From Nitrosopumilaceae archaeon (GTDB taxonomy: Archaea > Thermoproteota > Nitrososphaeria > Nitrososphaerales > Nitrosopumilaceae), in the NCBI GenBank assembly GCA_028279545.1, contig JANQNN010000035.1:27425-91424 (forward strand): 64,000 bases of DNA, in the 5' to 3' direction. Each line of letters begins with the position of its first letter. The first letter of the stretch is position 1. The translations under genes and the position numbers were made by a program. Shown here piece by piece: positions 52,324 through 62,298 of the stretch. The notes under the pieces were generated by a model. That model was not told the origin of the DNA, did not search any database, and saw only the letters and a program-made list of their open reading frames with translations.

Positions 52324-53867
52324 AAATTGATGTTTCCATGTTTCCTGGGAAGTTGTTTTTCCCTCTTGTTTTCAAGCATGTCAAGTGCCTTAATTAGCAT
52401 AGGTCTTGTTTCAGCTGGATTAATTACATTATCTACAGTTCCATGAGAGGCTGCAACGTAAGGATTTTCGAACTTTTCTGCAAACTCATCGATTAGTTCT
52501 TTTTTGAATGATTCAGGGTCTTCTGCATTTTGAAGCTCTTTTCTATACATGATTTTTACAGCAGCTTCTCCTCCAAGTACTGCACATCTTGCAGTAGGCC
52601 ATGCATAGTTAATGTCAGTTCCAAGATTTTTGCTTCCCATTGCAATGTATGCTCCTCCATATGCTTTACCAATTACAAGAGTAATTCTTGGAACTGTTGA
52701 TTCACAATATGCATATAGTAATTTGCTTCCATGACGAATGATTCCATTGTGTTCTTGGTTAGAGCCTGGCATGTAGCCTGGTGTATCAACTAGTGTGACA
52801 AGGGGAATGTTAAATGCATCACAGAATCGGATAAATCGTGCTGCCTTGTTTGATGAATCAATATCAAGTGCTCCAGCAAGATACATTGGATTGTTTGCAA
52901 TAAATCCTACAACTCTTCCATTCATTCTTCCATATCCAACAATAATGTTTGATGCAAACAATTCATGAACCTCAAAGAATTCGTGATTGTCAACAATTGA
53001 ATTAATAATTTCTTTCATGTCATAGGGTTGTACTGGGTTTTCAGGTACGATATTTATCAAATTATGATCTAGTCTGTTTGGGTCATCATCTGATTTTATT
53101 TTTGGAGGCTCTTCTGTATTGTTTTGTGGGATGTATGACAAAAGTTTTCTAATGTAGTCCATACATTCGTATTCATTTTTTGCAACAAAGTGAGCAACAC
53201 CACTTTTTGTTCCATGTGCCATTGCTCCACCAAGATCCTCAAAAGAAATTTCCTCACCTAATACTGTCTTTACCACATCAGGTCCTGTAACAAACATGGT
53301 TCCAACTTTTTCAACCATAATAACAAAGTCAGTCATTGCAGGAGAATACACTGCACCACCTGCTGAAGGTCCAATGCTTGCAGTAATTTGTGGTACAACA
53401 CCTGAAGCTAGTTGATTGTGATAAAAGATATCTGCAAAGCCATCAAGGCTCATAATTCCTTCTTGAATTCTTGCACCACCTGAATCCATAATTCCAATGA
53501 TTGGACATCCAGTTTTGAGTGCATGATCAGATAGTTTTGTAATTTTTGATGCTCCCATCTTACTGAGAGTTCCTCCAAGTACAGTAAAATCATAGGCAAA
53601 CACAAAGACTTGTCGGCCATTTACTGTTCCATAACCACCAACAACACCATCTGTAAAGAATTTCTTGTTTTGCATGTCATATTCGTAATAATGATGAGTA
53701 ACTAGTGGGTCCACCTCAGTAAAGGTGCCTTCATCTAAAAGGAGATTGATTCGTTCTCGGGCAGTAAGCTTTCCTTTTTCATGTTGAGCGTGGATACGAT
53801 CTTGGCCACCGCCTTGCAAAGATGTGTTTGTTCTCTTCGAAAACCCTTCAATTTTTTCAGAGTGCAT
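52320..53867 (-). CDS. pccB: carboxyltransferase subunit (propionyl/acetyl-CoA carboxylase beta)
   Basis: 515 aa with DSGGARIQEG and GKAYGGAYIAMG carboxyltransferase motifs. Overlaps the accC start. Confidence 0.9.
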   Translation of the reverse strand: MHSEKIEGFSKRTNTSLQGGGQDRIHAQHEKGKLTARERINLLLDEGTFTEVDPLVTHHYYEYDMQNKKFFTDGVVGGYGTVNGRQVFVFAYDFTVLGGTLSKMGASKITKLSDHALKTGCPIIGIMDSGGARIQEGIMSLDGFADIFYHNQLASGVVPQITASIGPSAGGAVYSPAMTDFVIMVEKVGTMFVTGPDVVKTVLGEEISFEDLGGAMAHGTKSGVAHFVAKNEYECMDYIRKLLSYIPQNNTEEPPKIKSDDDPNRLDHNLINIVPENPVQPYDMKEIINSIVDNHEFFEVHELFASNIIVGYGRMNGRVVGFIANNPMYLAGALDIDSSNKAARFIRFCDAFNIPLVTLVDTPGYMPGSNQEHNGIIRHGSKLLYAYCESTVPRITLVIGKAYGGAYIAMGSKNLGTDINYAWPTARCAVLGGEAAVKIMYRKELQNAEDPESFKKELIDEFAEKFENPYVAASHGTVDNVINPAETRPMLIKALDMLENKREKQLPRKHGNINL

Positions 53868-54033
53868 CTTGCTATCTAAGATTATCTTGTACTTATTAAT
53901 TTAGTTGAAGATTGCTCGAAAATACACCAATTAAAATTAAAAAAAAAATTCAAGATTTTAATCGATTTTTAAAAATAATTTTAATTGTTTTAAGGAAATA
54001 CATTTAACTAAAGTCCAGGCAATTTATGATATA

Positions 54034-54876
54034 ATGGTCACAGAGATGAATGCCAAAGTAGTTTATACCCAGCTACTTAAAGAAGATCTCGTAATTATTA
54101 GAATAGTTCCTGATGAGGGAATGCCCGATTATATAACAGGTCAATTTCTCACCATCGGAGTTGTCGTTCCTACTGAAAATTATAAACTAGTTAGAAGAGC
54201 ATATTCAATTGCATCTCATCCTGAAAACCAAGACTACTTTGAATTTGTAATAAGATGGGTTAGAAATCCACTTCCTGGTAGGGTTACAACAATGCTATTT
54301 CACTCAAGTGTTGGAGATGAAGTAAAGTTAGGATATCCTACTGGAAACGCCTTGTTAATCAATGAAAAACTCCCAAATGGAGAAAAAGACATGAGACGAA
54401 TTGTTTGCGTAGGTGGAGGAACAGGACTTGCACCATTTATTGCATATGCAAATCACTTACACGATGTAGGAGATAAGCGCGAAGTTGTAGTGCTGCATGG
54501 TGCAAGTTATGTTGATGAGCTAAGCTACAAAAGATTACTTACAGACTTGGAGGACGAAAGCAAAAGAAGAGGCCCTGACCAATGGAATTTTAAATACCGA
54601 GCAGCTATTAGTAGACCTAAAGAATTTTTTAATCGTTCATGGAGTGGACATGTTGGTAGGGTTGAATCATTTTTCAAACAAGGCAAAAATGGATTATCAC
54701 CACTTGATGAACTAGTTGGTGAAAAATGTACTCCGGAAAATACCTACATCTACATTTGTGGCTATCAAGGAACAATTGATGGTGTAATAGAAAACACCAG
54801 AGCTCGAGGTTTTGTAACTAAAGATGAAATGCGTGATGATGGTAGTTACGAAATTAGATACGAATCATACGGCTAG
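54034..54876 (+). CDS. ferredoxin-NADP+ reductase-type FAD/NAD(P)-binding oxidoreductase
   Basis: RRAYSIAS (RxYS FAD motif) and GGGTGLAPF NAD(P) motif. Confidence 0.8.
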   Translation: MVTEMNAKVVYTQLLKEDLVIIRIVPDEGMPDYITGQFLTIGVVVPTENYKLVRRAYSIASHPENQDYFEFVIRWVRNPLPGRVTTMLFHSSVGDEVKLGYPTGNALLINEKLPNGEKDMRRIVCVGGGTGLAPFIAYANHLHDVGDKREVVVLHGASYVDELSYKRLLTDLEDESKRRGPDQWNFKYRAAISRPKEFFNRSWSGHVGRVESFFKQGKNGLSPLDELVGEKCTPENTYIYICGYQGTIDGVIENTRARGFVTKDEMRDDGSYEIRYESYG

Positions 54877-54914
54877 AATATTTTTTTGGTTCAAATAATA
54901 TAACTTTTTTTAGA

Positions 54915-55103
54915 TTAGTTATTTTGACGAAGAATAAATTGCATCAAGGCTTCTTTGGAATAGTCTATACCCCATTCTTCTTCCATGTGAACTCTGAACT
55001 TATCTATTACTTCCTCAACTTCACCTTCGGCTACGAAATCATCATCAAATCCATAGTCTCTAGCTCGCAATCTAGCCATAATTTGGGGTTTATTGGTGTA
55101 CAA
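54915..55103 (-). CDS. hypothetical small acidic protein
   Basis: 62-aa ORF. The antisense ORF of similar length looks like a shadow. No motif recognised. Confidence 0.4.
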   Translation of the reverse strand: MYTNKPQIMARLRARDYGFDDDFVAEGEVEEVIDKFRVHMEEEWGIDYSKEALMQFILRQNN

Positions 55104-55204
55104 TAAAAACTAAGGCATTTTTTAAAATAAAAAATAGAGAATTATTTATTTTTGAAAATTAAAGATCAAAAAATTAGGAATTTAAATTTAGAATAATTTA
55201 TGCC

Positions 55205-56449
55205 TCAGGAATTTTTTGAAGGAGAAGATACAATACGCTTTGTAACATTTTTTGTCAACTCTTCAATAATCTTTATTTTACTCTCATCGGTTTCGCCTAG
55301 CATCTCAAGGGCCTTTTCTAACTCTTTTTTCCTGATTTCATCAACATTTTCTAGCACACTTTTTACAATAGGTTCGGCGTTAATTCTCTTCATGGTTGCC
55401 TCAATTATTGGGACTTCTTTTGAAATCATTTTTTCAACCTCAGGCACTTTGGCCATACGATTTGTTTCATTTTCTTCAACCAGCTCATTTATTTGATCTT
55501 TGAACATTAACTTGATTCCTGAAACCATCGAGACTGAATCTGCAACTGCCCTTGGAGAGGAAATATCTAAAATCAAAACCCCTGTTTTCTTATTTTCTAC
55601 TACTCTCTTTATCTTCTCTTTTGTAATTAGGAAATAATCTGAGGTTGTAGCCACAAATACTATGTCAAATTTGTCAAATGAAGGAAAAATGTCTTTAAAT
55701 TCTATTGGAGTTCCTCCCAGCGTTTTTGAAAACCCTGTTGCCCTATCTATTGTCATGCTTGTAACATCAAAGGCATATCCTTTCCTGTTTAAGGCCTTGG
55801 CAACTCTAGCTGCTGCTTCTCCGGTACCAATTAACAAAATGTGTTTCTTTTTGTCAATTCCTACGTTGTCTTCAGCAATCTTTACTGAAATATCTCCAAG
55901 TGATGATACGTTTTCACCAATTCCAGTAGATTCCCTAATTTGAGTTGCAACTCTAATACAAGTTTCAAATAGTTTTTCTAAGACTCGTCCTGAAGTTTCA
56001 GACTCTTTGGCATTTTCAATAGCTGTTTTTAGTTGTTCAAGAATTTCTTTTTTACCAACAACAACAGATTCTAGACCACAAGCAAGTGAAAGTAGGTTTT
56101 CGTAGACTTCAGTTCCGGTATAGATTTCAAGAGTTTGATCAAAGTGATCAACTTCCCATTGATCTAAATCAGTTAATGAAGTCCATGTATCTTGAATTTT
56201 TTTAAGAACAAGACCGCGTGCTTCTGGTCGTCTTCCATCAGGTGAATCTCCAACTTCTAAATTAATAATAAGAAAAATTTCTACTCTACTTGAAGTTTGA
56301 ACAATTACACATTCTGAAACGTCATCTATTTTTTTAAATTCGTCAGCAGCAGCTGCAATATCTTTAAAAGAAAATTTTTCTAATTTATGAATTGGAATAT
56401 TTTTATGAGTAAATTTTGCATTTACAATTTTAAAATTACCTTCAGTCAT
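55205..56449 (-). CDS. hemA: glutamyl-tRNA reductase homologue (catalytic Cys position occupied by Ser)
   Basis: GluTR-like VIVQTSSRVEIF (canonical ..TCNR.E..), ACGLESVVVGKKEILEQLK and the NADPH-domain ILLIGTGEAAARVAKAL. Confidence 0.65.
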   Translation of the reverse strand: MTEGNFKIVNAKFTHKNIPIHKLEKFSFKDIAAAADEFKKIDDVSECVIVQTSSRVEIFLIINLEVGDSPDGRRPEARGLVLKKIQDTWTSLTDLDQWEVDHFDQTLEIYTGTEVYENLLSLACGLESVVVGKKEILEQLKTAIENAKESETSGRVLEKLFETCIRVATQIRESTGIGENVSSLGDISVKIAEDNVGIDKKKHILLIGTGEAAARVAKALNRKGYAFDVTSMTIDRATGFSKTLGGTPIEFKDIFPSFDKFDIVFVATTSDYFLITKEKIKRVVENKKTGVLILDISSPRAVADSVSMVSGIKLMFKDQINELVEENETNRMAKVPEVEKMISKEVPIIEATMKRINAEPIVKSVLENVDEIRKKELEKALEMLGETDESKIKIIEELTKNVTKRIVSSPSKNS

Positions 56450-56461
56450 TTCAAATCACCG

Positions 56462-57148
56462 TTATTTGTCAAACTTATTCCTTCCACCTTTCGCAGTTCG
56501 GAAAACATTCATTCCAAGATTATAATTTTCAAAAAGATAATCAATAGTTTTTAGATCTTCTTGTGCTCGATAAAGGTCATCTTCACTTGCATCTGGATCC
56601 TTTTGTAGTCTTGCTAATTTTTCTTCTAGCTCATCTCTAAAAGTTGCAATTCCAATTTCGTAATTTGATGTTCCTTGGTATTTTGGACTTAAAATTAGTT
56701 GAGGATCATATTTTGGAGTTTGATCACTTGGAATTTCAGCTAGTCTTGATATTTCGTCTTCTTCTTCTTTGGTAAGAATTGGTCGTGGTGGTGCTAATTC
56801 ATGTTTTCTCAAAAAGAATTCAGGTTCTCCCATCTCTCTTCTAAAAATCTGTTCTGAAAATCGTTTATTGGTAAATGAATCTGTAGCTTTGGATACAACA
56901 GCCTCTTTTGCTGCTAGTTTGTATTCTTCTTCAAGAGCTTTTTCAGCAGCTTCTTGAGCAGATTTGGATCTGGCAAGGGCAGCAGAAGCTTCTTGAGCTG
57001 CAATGGCTGCTAATTCTGATGCAGTCATTCCAGATTTTTTTGATTCCTCACTAGCTGAAGGGCTTTTTTCTTGTGATTCTGAAGTTTCAGGTGTATTATT
57101 TTCGGCTTTGGTCTCTTCTGCTTTGTCTTCTTTTTTCTCTTCAGACAT
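56462..57148 (-). CDS. hypothetical protein with acidic, Ser/Glu/Lys-rich N-terminus
   Basis: 228-aa ORF ending 12 nt upstream of the hemA-like start. No family recognised. Confidence 0.5.
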   Translation of the reverse strand: MSEEKKEDKAEETKAENNTPETSESQEKSPSASEESKKSGMTASELAAIAAQEASAALARSKSAQEAAEKALEEEYKLAAKEAVVSKATDSFTNKRFSEQIFRREMGEPEFFLRKHELAPPRPILTKEEEDEISRLAEIPSDQTPKYDPQLILSPKYQGTSNYEIGIATFRDELEEKLARLQKDPDASEDDLYRAQEDLKTIDYLFENYNLGMNVFRTAKGGRNKFDK

Positions 57149-57226
57149 CAGAAATTACAATAATTGAGTAGGATTTTAAGCTTTTAGAATTTTTTACGAT
57201 CCAACAAACGTAATTTTAGTGATTTT

Positions 57227-57550
57227 CTAGGTATTTGGTTTTGGATTCAATAACATGAATTTTTTCATAATAGATTTTTGATATGTATCAAAGGCTGATT
57301 TTTCTTCGCTGCATTTTTTACAAATGCATAATTGAGAAACGTTTTCGATATCACAAGAATCTTGAAATTCGCAACTTGGGCAACCTGCAGGTCCCTTACA
57401 AATTCCACACTTTAGTTCTTTGATTTCAGCACATTTTTCGTGTTTTACTCCAAGTCCTTTAGCCCATAACCCCATTTCATTTACTTCAATTTTCTCATTG
57501 CAGACTATGCAAGTTCCTGGAAACTTCATAGGAATTTTTCTCCAGCTCAT
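57227..57550 (-). CDS. Cys-rich zinc-binding protein (107 aa), translationally coupled to rfcL
   Basis: CIVC, H-x2-C, CGIC, CPSC and CICKKC motifs. Its ATG overlaps the RFC stop (ATGA). Confidence 0.6.
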   Translation of the reverse strand: MSWRKIPMKFPGTCIVCNEKIEVNEMGLWAKGLGVKHEKCAEIKELKCGICKGPAGCPSCEFQDSCDIENVSQLCICKKCSEEKSAFDTYQKSIMKKFMLLNPKPNT

Positions 57551-58704
57551 TTGATTAATTCAATCTCCTTTTCAATAATATCTCCAAAAGTTTCTTCCAA
57601 ATCAAGTTGTAACTTTTTATTTTTAATACAAAATAAAACATATGGCAAACCAATTGCTGAAAAGCTACTACAAGAAAGGTGCAGTTTCTGCGCTAAAACT
57701 AGAGATAGTGATTTTATTTTTCTGCCATCCCACCTTATGCGATTTAAAAGTGGCCAAGACAAATTATATTGCGAATACCTAATTTCGTTATCTTTTTGAT
57801 AAAGCTCCAAAAGGATTTCATTAAGATACCGCAAAAGTCTCCAATTTTGTGTTTTCATTATTTTGCCAAATAAAACATCTGCTCTAGAAATAATTTCTAG
57901 GTATTTTGCAAGAGAATTTTTTTCTATATTACTTGTTAGTATACTAGAGTAAAACGCATTAATTTTTTCCCGTGGATCAATTTGCATTGCATATAGAACA
58001 CTTCTAGCCTCTTCAATTGAATTTGCCTTGAAAAAAGCGTTAATTCCATCTTCTACATTGATAGTCTCAAATGATTTATCAGTTTGAGGATTAAATCCTG
58101 TCACTAAAGATTGTGCCAAATTAATCATTGAACGAATATCGCCTTTTGACTTGTCAATGATTTTGATCACAGCTCCTGGGCTAATCTTAGAGTTTTCTTT
58201 TTTCAAAATATTTTCAAGGTAAATACGCAAAAGACGGGGAGGAATAGGTTTGAAAGAAATTGTTTTTACAACTTTTTTGATACTTTTCATTTTATCAGAA
58301 ATATCGCTATTTGCAGCCAAAATTATTGGAACAGTTGGTTCTTTTAGAATTTGAATTAGAGCCTCAGCACCTCCATAATCACCTCGTCCATGAATTCCAT
58401 CTACTTCATCAACAAAAATCATTGGTTCTCCAAGAATTGTAACGTTTCCTAAAACAGGAGAAAGTATTTCATTAATTCTTGACTTGCTCCTAACGTCACT
58501 TGCATTAAGACCAATCAAATCATATCCAAATTGTTTTGCAACAAGATATGCAATTGTAGTTTTTCCTATGCCAGGTGGGCCAACTAAAAGTAAAGGTTTG
58601 GTTCCCTTCTTCCATTTTGTAAACCATTCAACTATTGCAGACCTGGATTCTTCATTTCCAACCATATCTGAAATATTTTTAGGCCTGTGTTTTTCTGACC
58701 ACAT
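57547..58704 (-). CDS. rfcL: replication factor C large subunit
   Basis: MWSEKHRPK N-terminus, Walker A GPPGIGKTT, Walker B FVDEVDG and PIILAAN. ATG 58704 preferred over GTG 58716. Confidence 0.85.
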   Translation of the reverse strand: MWSEKHRPKNISDMVGNEESRSAIVEWFTKWKKGTKPLLLVGPPGIGKTTIAYLVAKQFGYDLIGLNASDVRSKSRINEILSPVLGNVTILGEPMIFVDEVDGIHGRGDYGGAEALIQILKEPTVPIILAANSDISDKMKSIKKVVKTISFKPIPPRLLRIYLENILKKENSKISPGAVIKIIDKSKGDIRSMINLAQSLVTGFNPQTDKSFETINVEDGINAFFKANSIEEARSVLYAMQIDPREKINAFYSSILTSNIEKNSLAKYLEIISRADVLFGKIMKTQNWRLLRYLNEILLELYQKDNEIRYSQYNLSWPLLNRIRWDGRKIKSLSLVLAQKLHLSCSSFSAIGLPYVLFCIKNKKLQLDLEETFGDIIEKEIELIK

Positions 58705-58712
58705 CAAATTAA

Positions 58713-59828
58713 TCACTTGGGAAGGTTTGATTCAAACTCTGACCATTTGTTTGCTTTTTGAAGCTTGTTAAACCAATATTGATTATAGTGCTCAACTGTC
58801 AAAAACAAAAATTCTAAAAATTCCTTGTGAGAAAAATTGTCAGGAAGCAACTCGATTGCAAGACGAGCATCCTTCAAGTATAAATTACTTTTTTCTAGAG
58901 TTAAATCAAATCCTTTTTTGACGTCGTTTGCCAATAATGAATAATAAAGTGGCCAAGAAGGTACTTTAACAAAACCATTTTTAATAGAATCTTCTATCTC
59001 ATTTCCACAACCAACACCTTCAGCAGCTCTTGCCATTCCCAAGTAGAAAATTTCGCCTAATGGTCTTGTTGCAAGTGCCATGTTTCTTCCGGCTGTTCCC
59101 ATCACTGATCTATACTTTTTGTAAGATAGCGTCATCTCTTCTTCGGTAATTTTTGTTGGTTTTAATTTTAATTCCTCATCAAGATACTGGCCAATTCTTG
59201 CGTCTTTGAAGCCTTCTTCAAATTCATTTAAGACTTCCTCACCACCTTTAGAAATTTTATCTCTAGCTAATTTCAAAATGTATGGATTCATCAACTTGTA
59301 ATCATCTAAATATTCTAAATCTTCGTCCTTGTCTACAATTCTATCCATGGGTTCGCTTAGATCAATTGCTAAAATATGACCTTCAACCACGTCTTGTTTT
59401 AGTTTTGCATTTTCTTTACCCAAATAATCTGAAGCCCCATCAAACAAAGCATTAAAGACAGGAAAAGTCATCTTTACAAAATTTGAATTTAAAATTCTAG
59501 CAACTCTATCTCTGATAACTTCAATATCATTTAGCTTTGATAGAATTGGTTCAATCTCTGAGGATTGGAGAATGATTTCAGATGAGCCTACCTCATCTCC
59601 AAATGCTTGTTGAGTTGAATCGGGAGAAGGATCTGATTTAATTTCTTTATAAAGTCCCTGAGCAAATCTTTCAGCAAAATTTGGAAATTCCTTTTCTGTT
59701 TCGTCTTTGTAATGGTTGAATAATTTGTATCCTTTTGATTTGAATAAGGCCTGTTTCATTATTTGTTTGCCAGGCTTTGTACTCATCAGAGCTTCTTTAC
59801 TAACTACAGATTGATCTTTTCCACTCAC
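58713..59828 (-). CDS. hypothetical protein (371 aa) upstream of rfcL
   Basis: Long ORF of normal composition ending 8 nt before the rfcL ATG. No family recognised. Confidence 0.55.
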   Translation of the reverse strand: MSGKDQSVVSKEALMSTKPGKQIMKQALFKSKGYKLFNHYKDETEKEFPNFAERFAQGLYKEIKSDPSPDSTQQAFGDEVGSSEIILQSSEIEPILSKLNDIEVIRDRVARILNSNFVKMTFPVFNALFDGASDYLGKENAKLKQDVVEGHILAIDLSEPMDRIVDKDEDLEYLDDYKLMNPYILKLARDKISKGGEEVLNEFEEGFKDARIGQYLDEELKLKPTKITEEEMTLSYKKYRSVMGTAGRNMALATRPLGEIFYLGMARAAEGVGCGNEIEDSIKNGFVKVPSWPLYYSLLANDVKKGFDLTLEKSNLYLKDARLAIELLPDNFSHKEFLEFLFLTVEHYNQYWFNKLQKANKWSEFESNLPK

Positions 59829-59904
59829 ACCGGTCAGTTCCTATGTTATTATTTATGCTTTCAAATCAATAAAACTTCTTTCACTTAAATTACGAATAAA
59901 AAAT

Positions 59905-60714
59905 TTGTCAATATTGGAAGTTATTGATATTCTAAGAGAAGTTTCAAAAAAAATTTATGAAAATGTAAAGGACTTGTCAGGTACTGAAGAAGCTGCAGGA
60001 GATTTTGGAATAGGTGCAGGCGGAGACATCTCACGAAACATCGACATTATTGCTGAAAAAACGGTTCTTGACTATTTAAAAGAGATTAACTTTGAATGTA
60101 CTGTCCTAGGAGAAGAATGTGGAAGAGTAGAGCTTTCTGATAACCCAAAGGGATTTTTAATTATGGATGCAATTGATGGCTCTGCCAATTCTGTAAGAGG
60201 GGTGCCATTTTTTTGCAGCTCTTTAGCTTTTGCAACTGATTACAAATTGAGTTCAATTACCGATGGTGTAATTACAAATCTTTCAACTGGAGATATGTAC
60301 TGGGCAAGTAAAGAAAATGGTGCATTTTTTAATAATTCCAAAATGCATGTACACGAAAAAGATCCTATTTACAAGATTGTAGGAATTAACACTTCTGGTG
60401 CAACACCAGACTTAATGAAAAAATTATTTCCAATTTTTGAGCAACATAATCACACAAGACATTTTGGAGCAAATGCTCTTGAAATGGCAATGTTTGCAAA
60501 AGGATTAATGGATGTTTTTATTGATTTGAGAAAAAAAATTCGAATTCAAGATATTGCAGCAGGATATTTGATTGTAAAAGAAGCTGGTGGAATAATTTTA
60601 GATGAAAATTTTAATTCACTTGATGCAGACCTTAGTTATGAAACCAGAGTTTCTTTTGTTGCTGCATCAAATAAAAAAATTTTAGATGAAATATTTCATG
60701 ATGTAAAGTTATAA
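59905..60714 (+). CDS. suhB: inositol monophosphatase / fructose-1,6-bisphosphatase family protein
   Basis: EECG and MDAIDGSANS metal-binding motifs of the IMPase superfamily. TTG start. Confidence 0.8.
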   Translation: MSILEVIDILREVSKKIYENVKDLSGTEEAAGDFGIGAGGDISRNIDIIAEKTVLDYLKEINFECTVLGEECGRVELSDNPKGFLIMDAIDGSANSVRGVPFFCSSLAFATDYKLSSITDGVITNLSTGDMYWASKENGAFFNNSKMHVHEKDPIYKIVGINTSGATPDLMKKLFPIFEQHNHTRHFGANALEMAMFAKGLMDVFIDLRKKIRIQDIAAGYLIVKEAGGIILDENFNSLDADLSYETRVSFVAASNKKILDEIFHDVKL

Positions 60715-60757
60715 TTTTTAATTTGATAATTTAAAAAAGTTCTAAAAATTCATCAGG

Positions 60758-61057
60758 CTAGGGTTTTATTTCATAAAAATCGATTTTGTGCGAGAATTGT
60801 CGATTATAATCAACTTCTTCCCAGAACTTTTCTTCGTCGATTTTTTTTCCTTCTGAAATCCATTGATTTAGAACTTTTTGCATAAACATTCTCGTAGTAT
60901 CATCAATGGGTGGTCTAGTTCCTGTCTCTTTTTCAATCCTATCCCGTTCTTCTTTGAATTTTTTTAGTAACTGTTTTAGATTCTTTCCATTTATCTGAGC
61001 GGCTTTTTTTCTTTTAGCAATTTCTAATTCCTTTTTGAAATTTGATAAAAAACCCAT
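60758..61057 (-). CDS. hypothetical protein
   Basis: 99-aa charged, helical ORF. No motif recognised. Confidence 0.45.
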   Translation of the reverse strand: MGFLSNFKKELEIAKRKKAAQINGKNLKQLLKKFKEERDRIEKETGTRPPIDDTTRMFMQKVLNQWISEGKKIDEEKFWEEVDYNRQFSHKIDFYEIKP

Positions 61058-61240
61058 ACTGTATAAAAATATAATTTTGTTAAAAATGAATCGATTGTAA
61101 TTTTTTGTAATAAAATAATCTTGTAATAAATTTAATTCCTTTTTTTAAGAAAATTCTATAAAATCCAAAGACAAATTTTGAAAAAATAGGGTTCCAAACA
61201 TTATAGAAAATCTTATCATCTAGAATATTCTGTAATAATC

Positions 61241-61588
61241 ATGGATATTCAAACCGCAGCAGAAAAAATACTAAAAGTAAGTCCCTCTGTCAGAGTGGTA
61301 AGCGTTTGTGATCTGAAAGGAAAATTAGTTTTTTCACAACGTTCCAAAAGGGTTAAAATTTTGGTCTCAAAGAGCCAAAGCTTGGCATCCTTAAAGGCAG
61401 CTGCAACTGATTGGAAAATGAGGAAAAAACTTGCTAGAAGTCTTGGTAAGTGCAAATATGTTGTTGCAGAATACGACAAAGTCAAAAGAATAGTAGTTCC
61501 TGCAGGATCAAAACATATCTTGTATATTACAACTACCGCATCGTTTGATCACAATAAGGTTATACGAAAAGTAAGATCATTCAGGTAG
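61241..61588 (+). CDS. hypothetical protein (weak resemblance to roadblock/LC7-type domains)
   Basis: 115-aa ORF. The ILKVSPSVRVVSVCDLKGKLVF pattern is reminiscent of roadblock/LC7, but this is not verified. Confidence 0.4.
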   Translation: MDIQTAAEKILKVSPSVRVVSVCDLKGKLVFSQRSKRVKILVSKSQSLASLKAAATDWKMRKKLARSLGKCKYVVAEYDKVKRIVVPAGSKHILYITTTASFDHNKVIRKVRSFR

Positions 61589-61637
61589 AAAAAAATAATT
61601 TTTTTATTTTATTTTTTTTTTAAAATAAAGAAAAGAT

Positions 61638-61653
61638 TCTAGATTCCTCTAGA
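61638..61653. terminator. hairpin TCTAGA-TTCC-TCTAGA after a long T/A tract, between convergent genes
   Basis: Perfect 6-bp stem with a 4-nt loop, preceded by T-runs at 61598-61620. Confidence 0.3.
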
Positions 61654-61707
61654 CACTTTACTTTCCAAATTTGGTTAGTATATTGTGTACTTTGATTCCA
61701 ATAGAGT

Positions 61708-61959
61708 TTATTTGAGTTTTCTTCGTCCTGTTCCTCTTCCTGAACTGACCCACATACCTTTGGTATCAGGTGTTGATGTACTTTTGATGTCACCAAACTT
61801 TATCTTGCCTGTTCCCCGTCCTACGGTGATATATGCGTCTTTTGAGGCTTCTTTTCTTTTTTCTTGTAATTTTTTAAAAGCCCCACCTTGCCAGTTATCG
61901 TCTTTTTTCTCTTCAACTCTTCTTTTGGTTCCTCTTCCGCCTACTCTTACAATTCCCAT
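61708..61959 (-). CDS. small highly basic protein with GRGT(G) motifs, paralogue of 15471-15740
   Basis: MGIVRVGGRGTKRR...VGRGTGKIKFGDI...SSGRGTGRRKLK aligns collinearly with the 15471 product. Confidence 0.7.
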   Translation of the reverse strand: MGIVRVGGRGTKRRVEEKKDDNWQGGAFKKLQEKRKEASKDAYITVGRGTGKIKFGDIKSTSTPDTKGMWVSSGRGTGRRKLK

Positions 61960-62123
61960 TTTCTATCAATTATTATAGAAAATTTCATGTTAATAAAACT
62001 TTGAAGAATTAAAACGACATTTTGGCCTAAATAGGATCATTTTTTGAAAATTAGTTGCCCATTTGAATCTGATTTTGTTTTTCAAAAATTTTGAGAAGTA
62101 AATGAAAATTTAAAATAATTTAA

Positions 62124-62201
62124 TGGCGCCCTCGGCGGGATTTGAACACGCGTCTCAGCCGTGACAGGGCCGAATTCTAGACCGGGCTATACTACAAGGG
62201 C
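62124..62201 (-). tRNA. tRNA-Asp (GUC), CCA encoded
   Basis: Acceptor GCCCTTG/CGAGGGC, anticodon arm CGGCC-CTGTCAC-GGCTG. T arm GCGTG-TTCAAAT-CCCGC has one U-C mismatch. Discriminator G is followed by CCA. Confidence 0.85.
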
Positions 62202-62298
62202 ACAATTAATTTTCAGCAAATTCCTAGATTAAAAGTTTCGGTAATAACAAAAAATTTTGTAAAAGACTAAATTATACACTCTTAGCAATTTTCTTTGT

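Noticed and set aside
61685-61978. 97-aa plus-strand ORF (MYFDSNRVYLSFLRPVPLPEL...)
   Set aside because: It is antisense to the 61708-61959 minus-strand gene, whose product has a clear paralogue at 15471-15740. The plus-strand product is a low-complexity Leu/Pro/Ser/Phe sequence.
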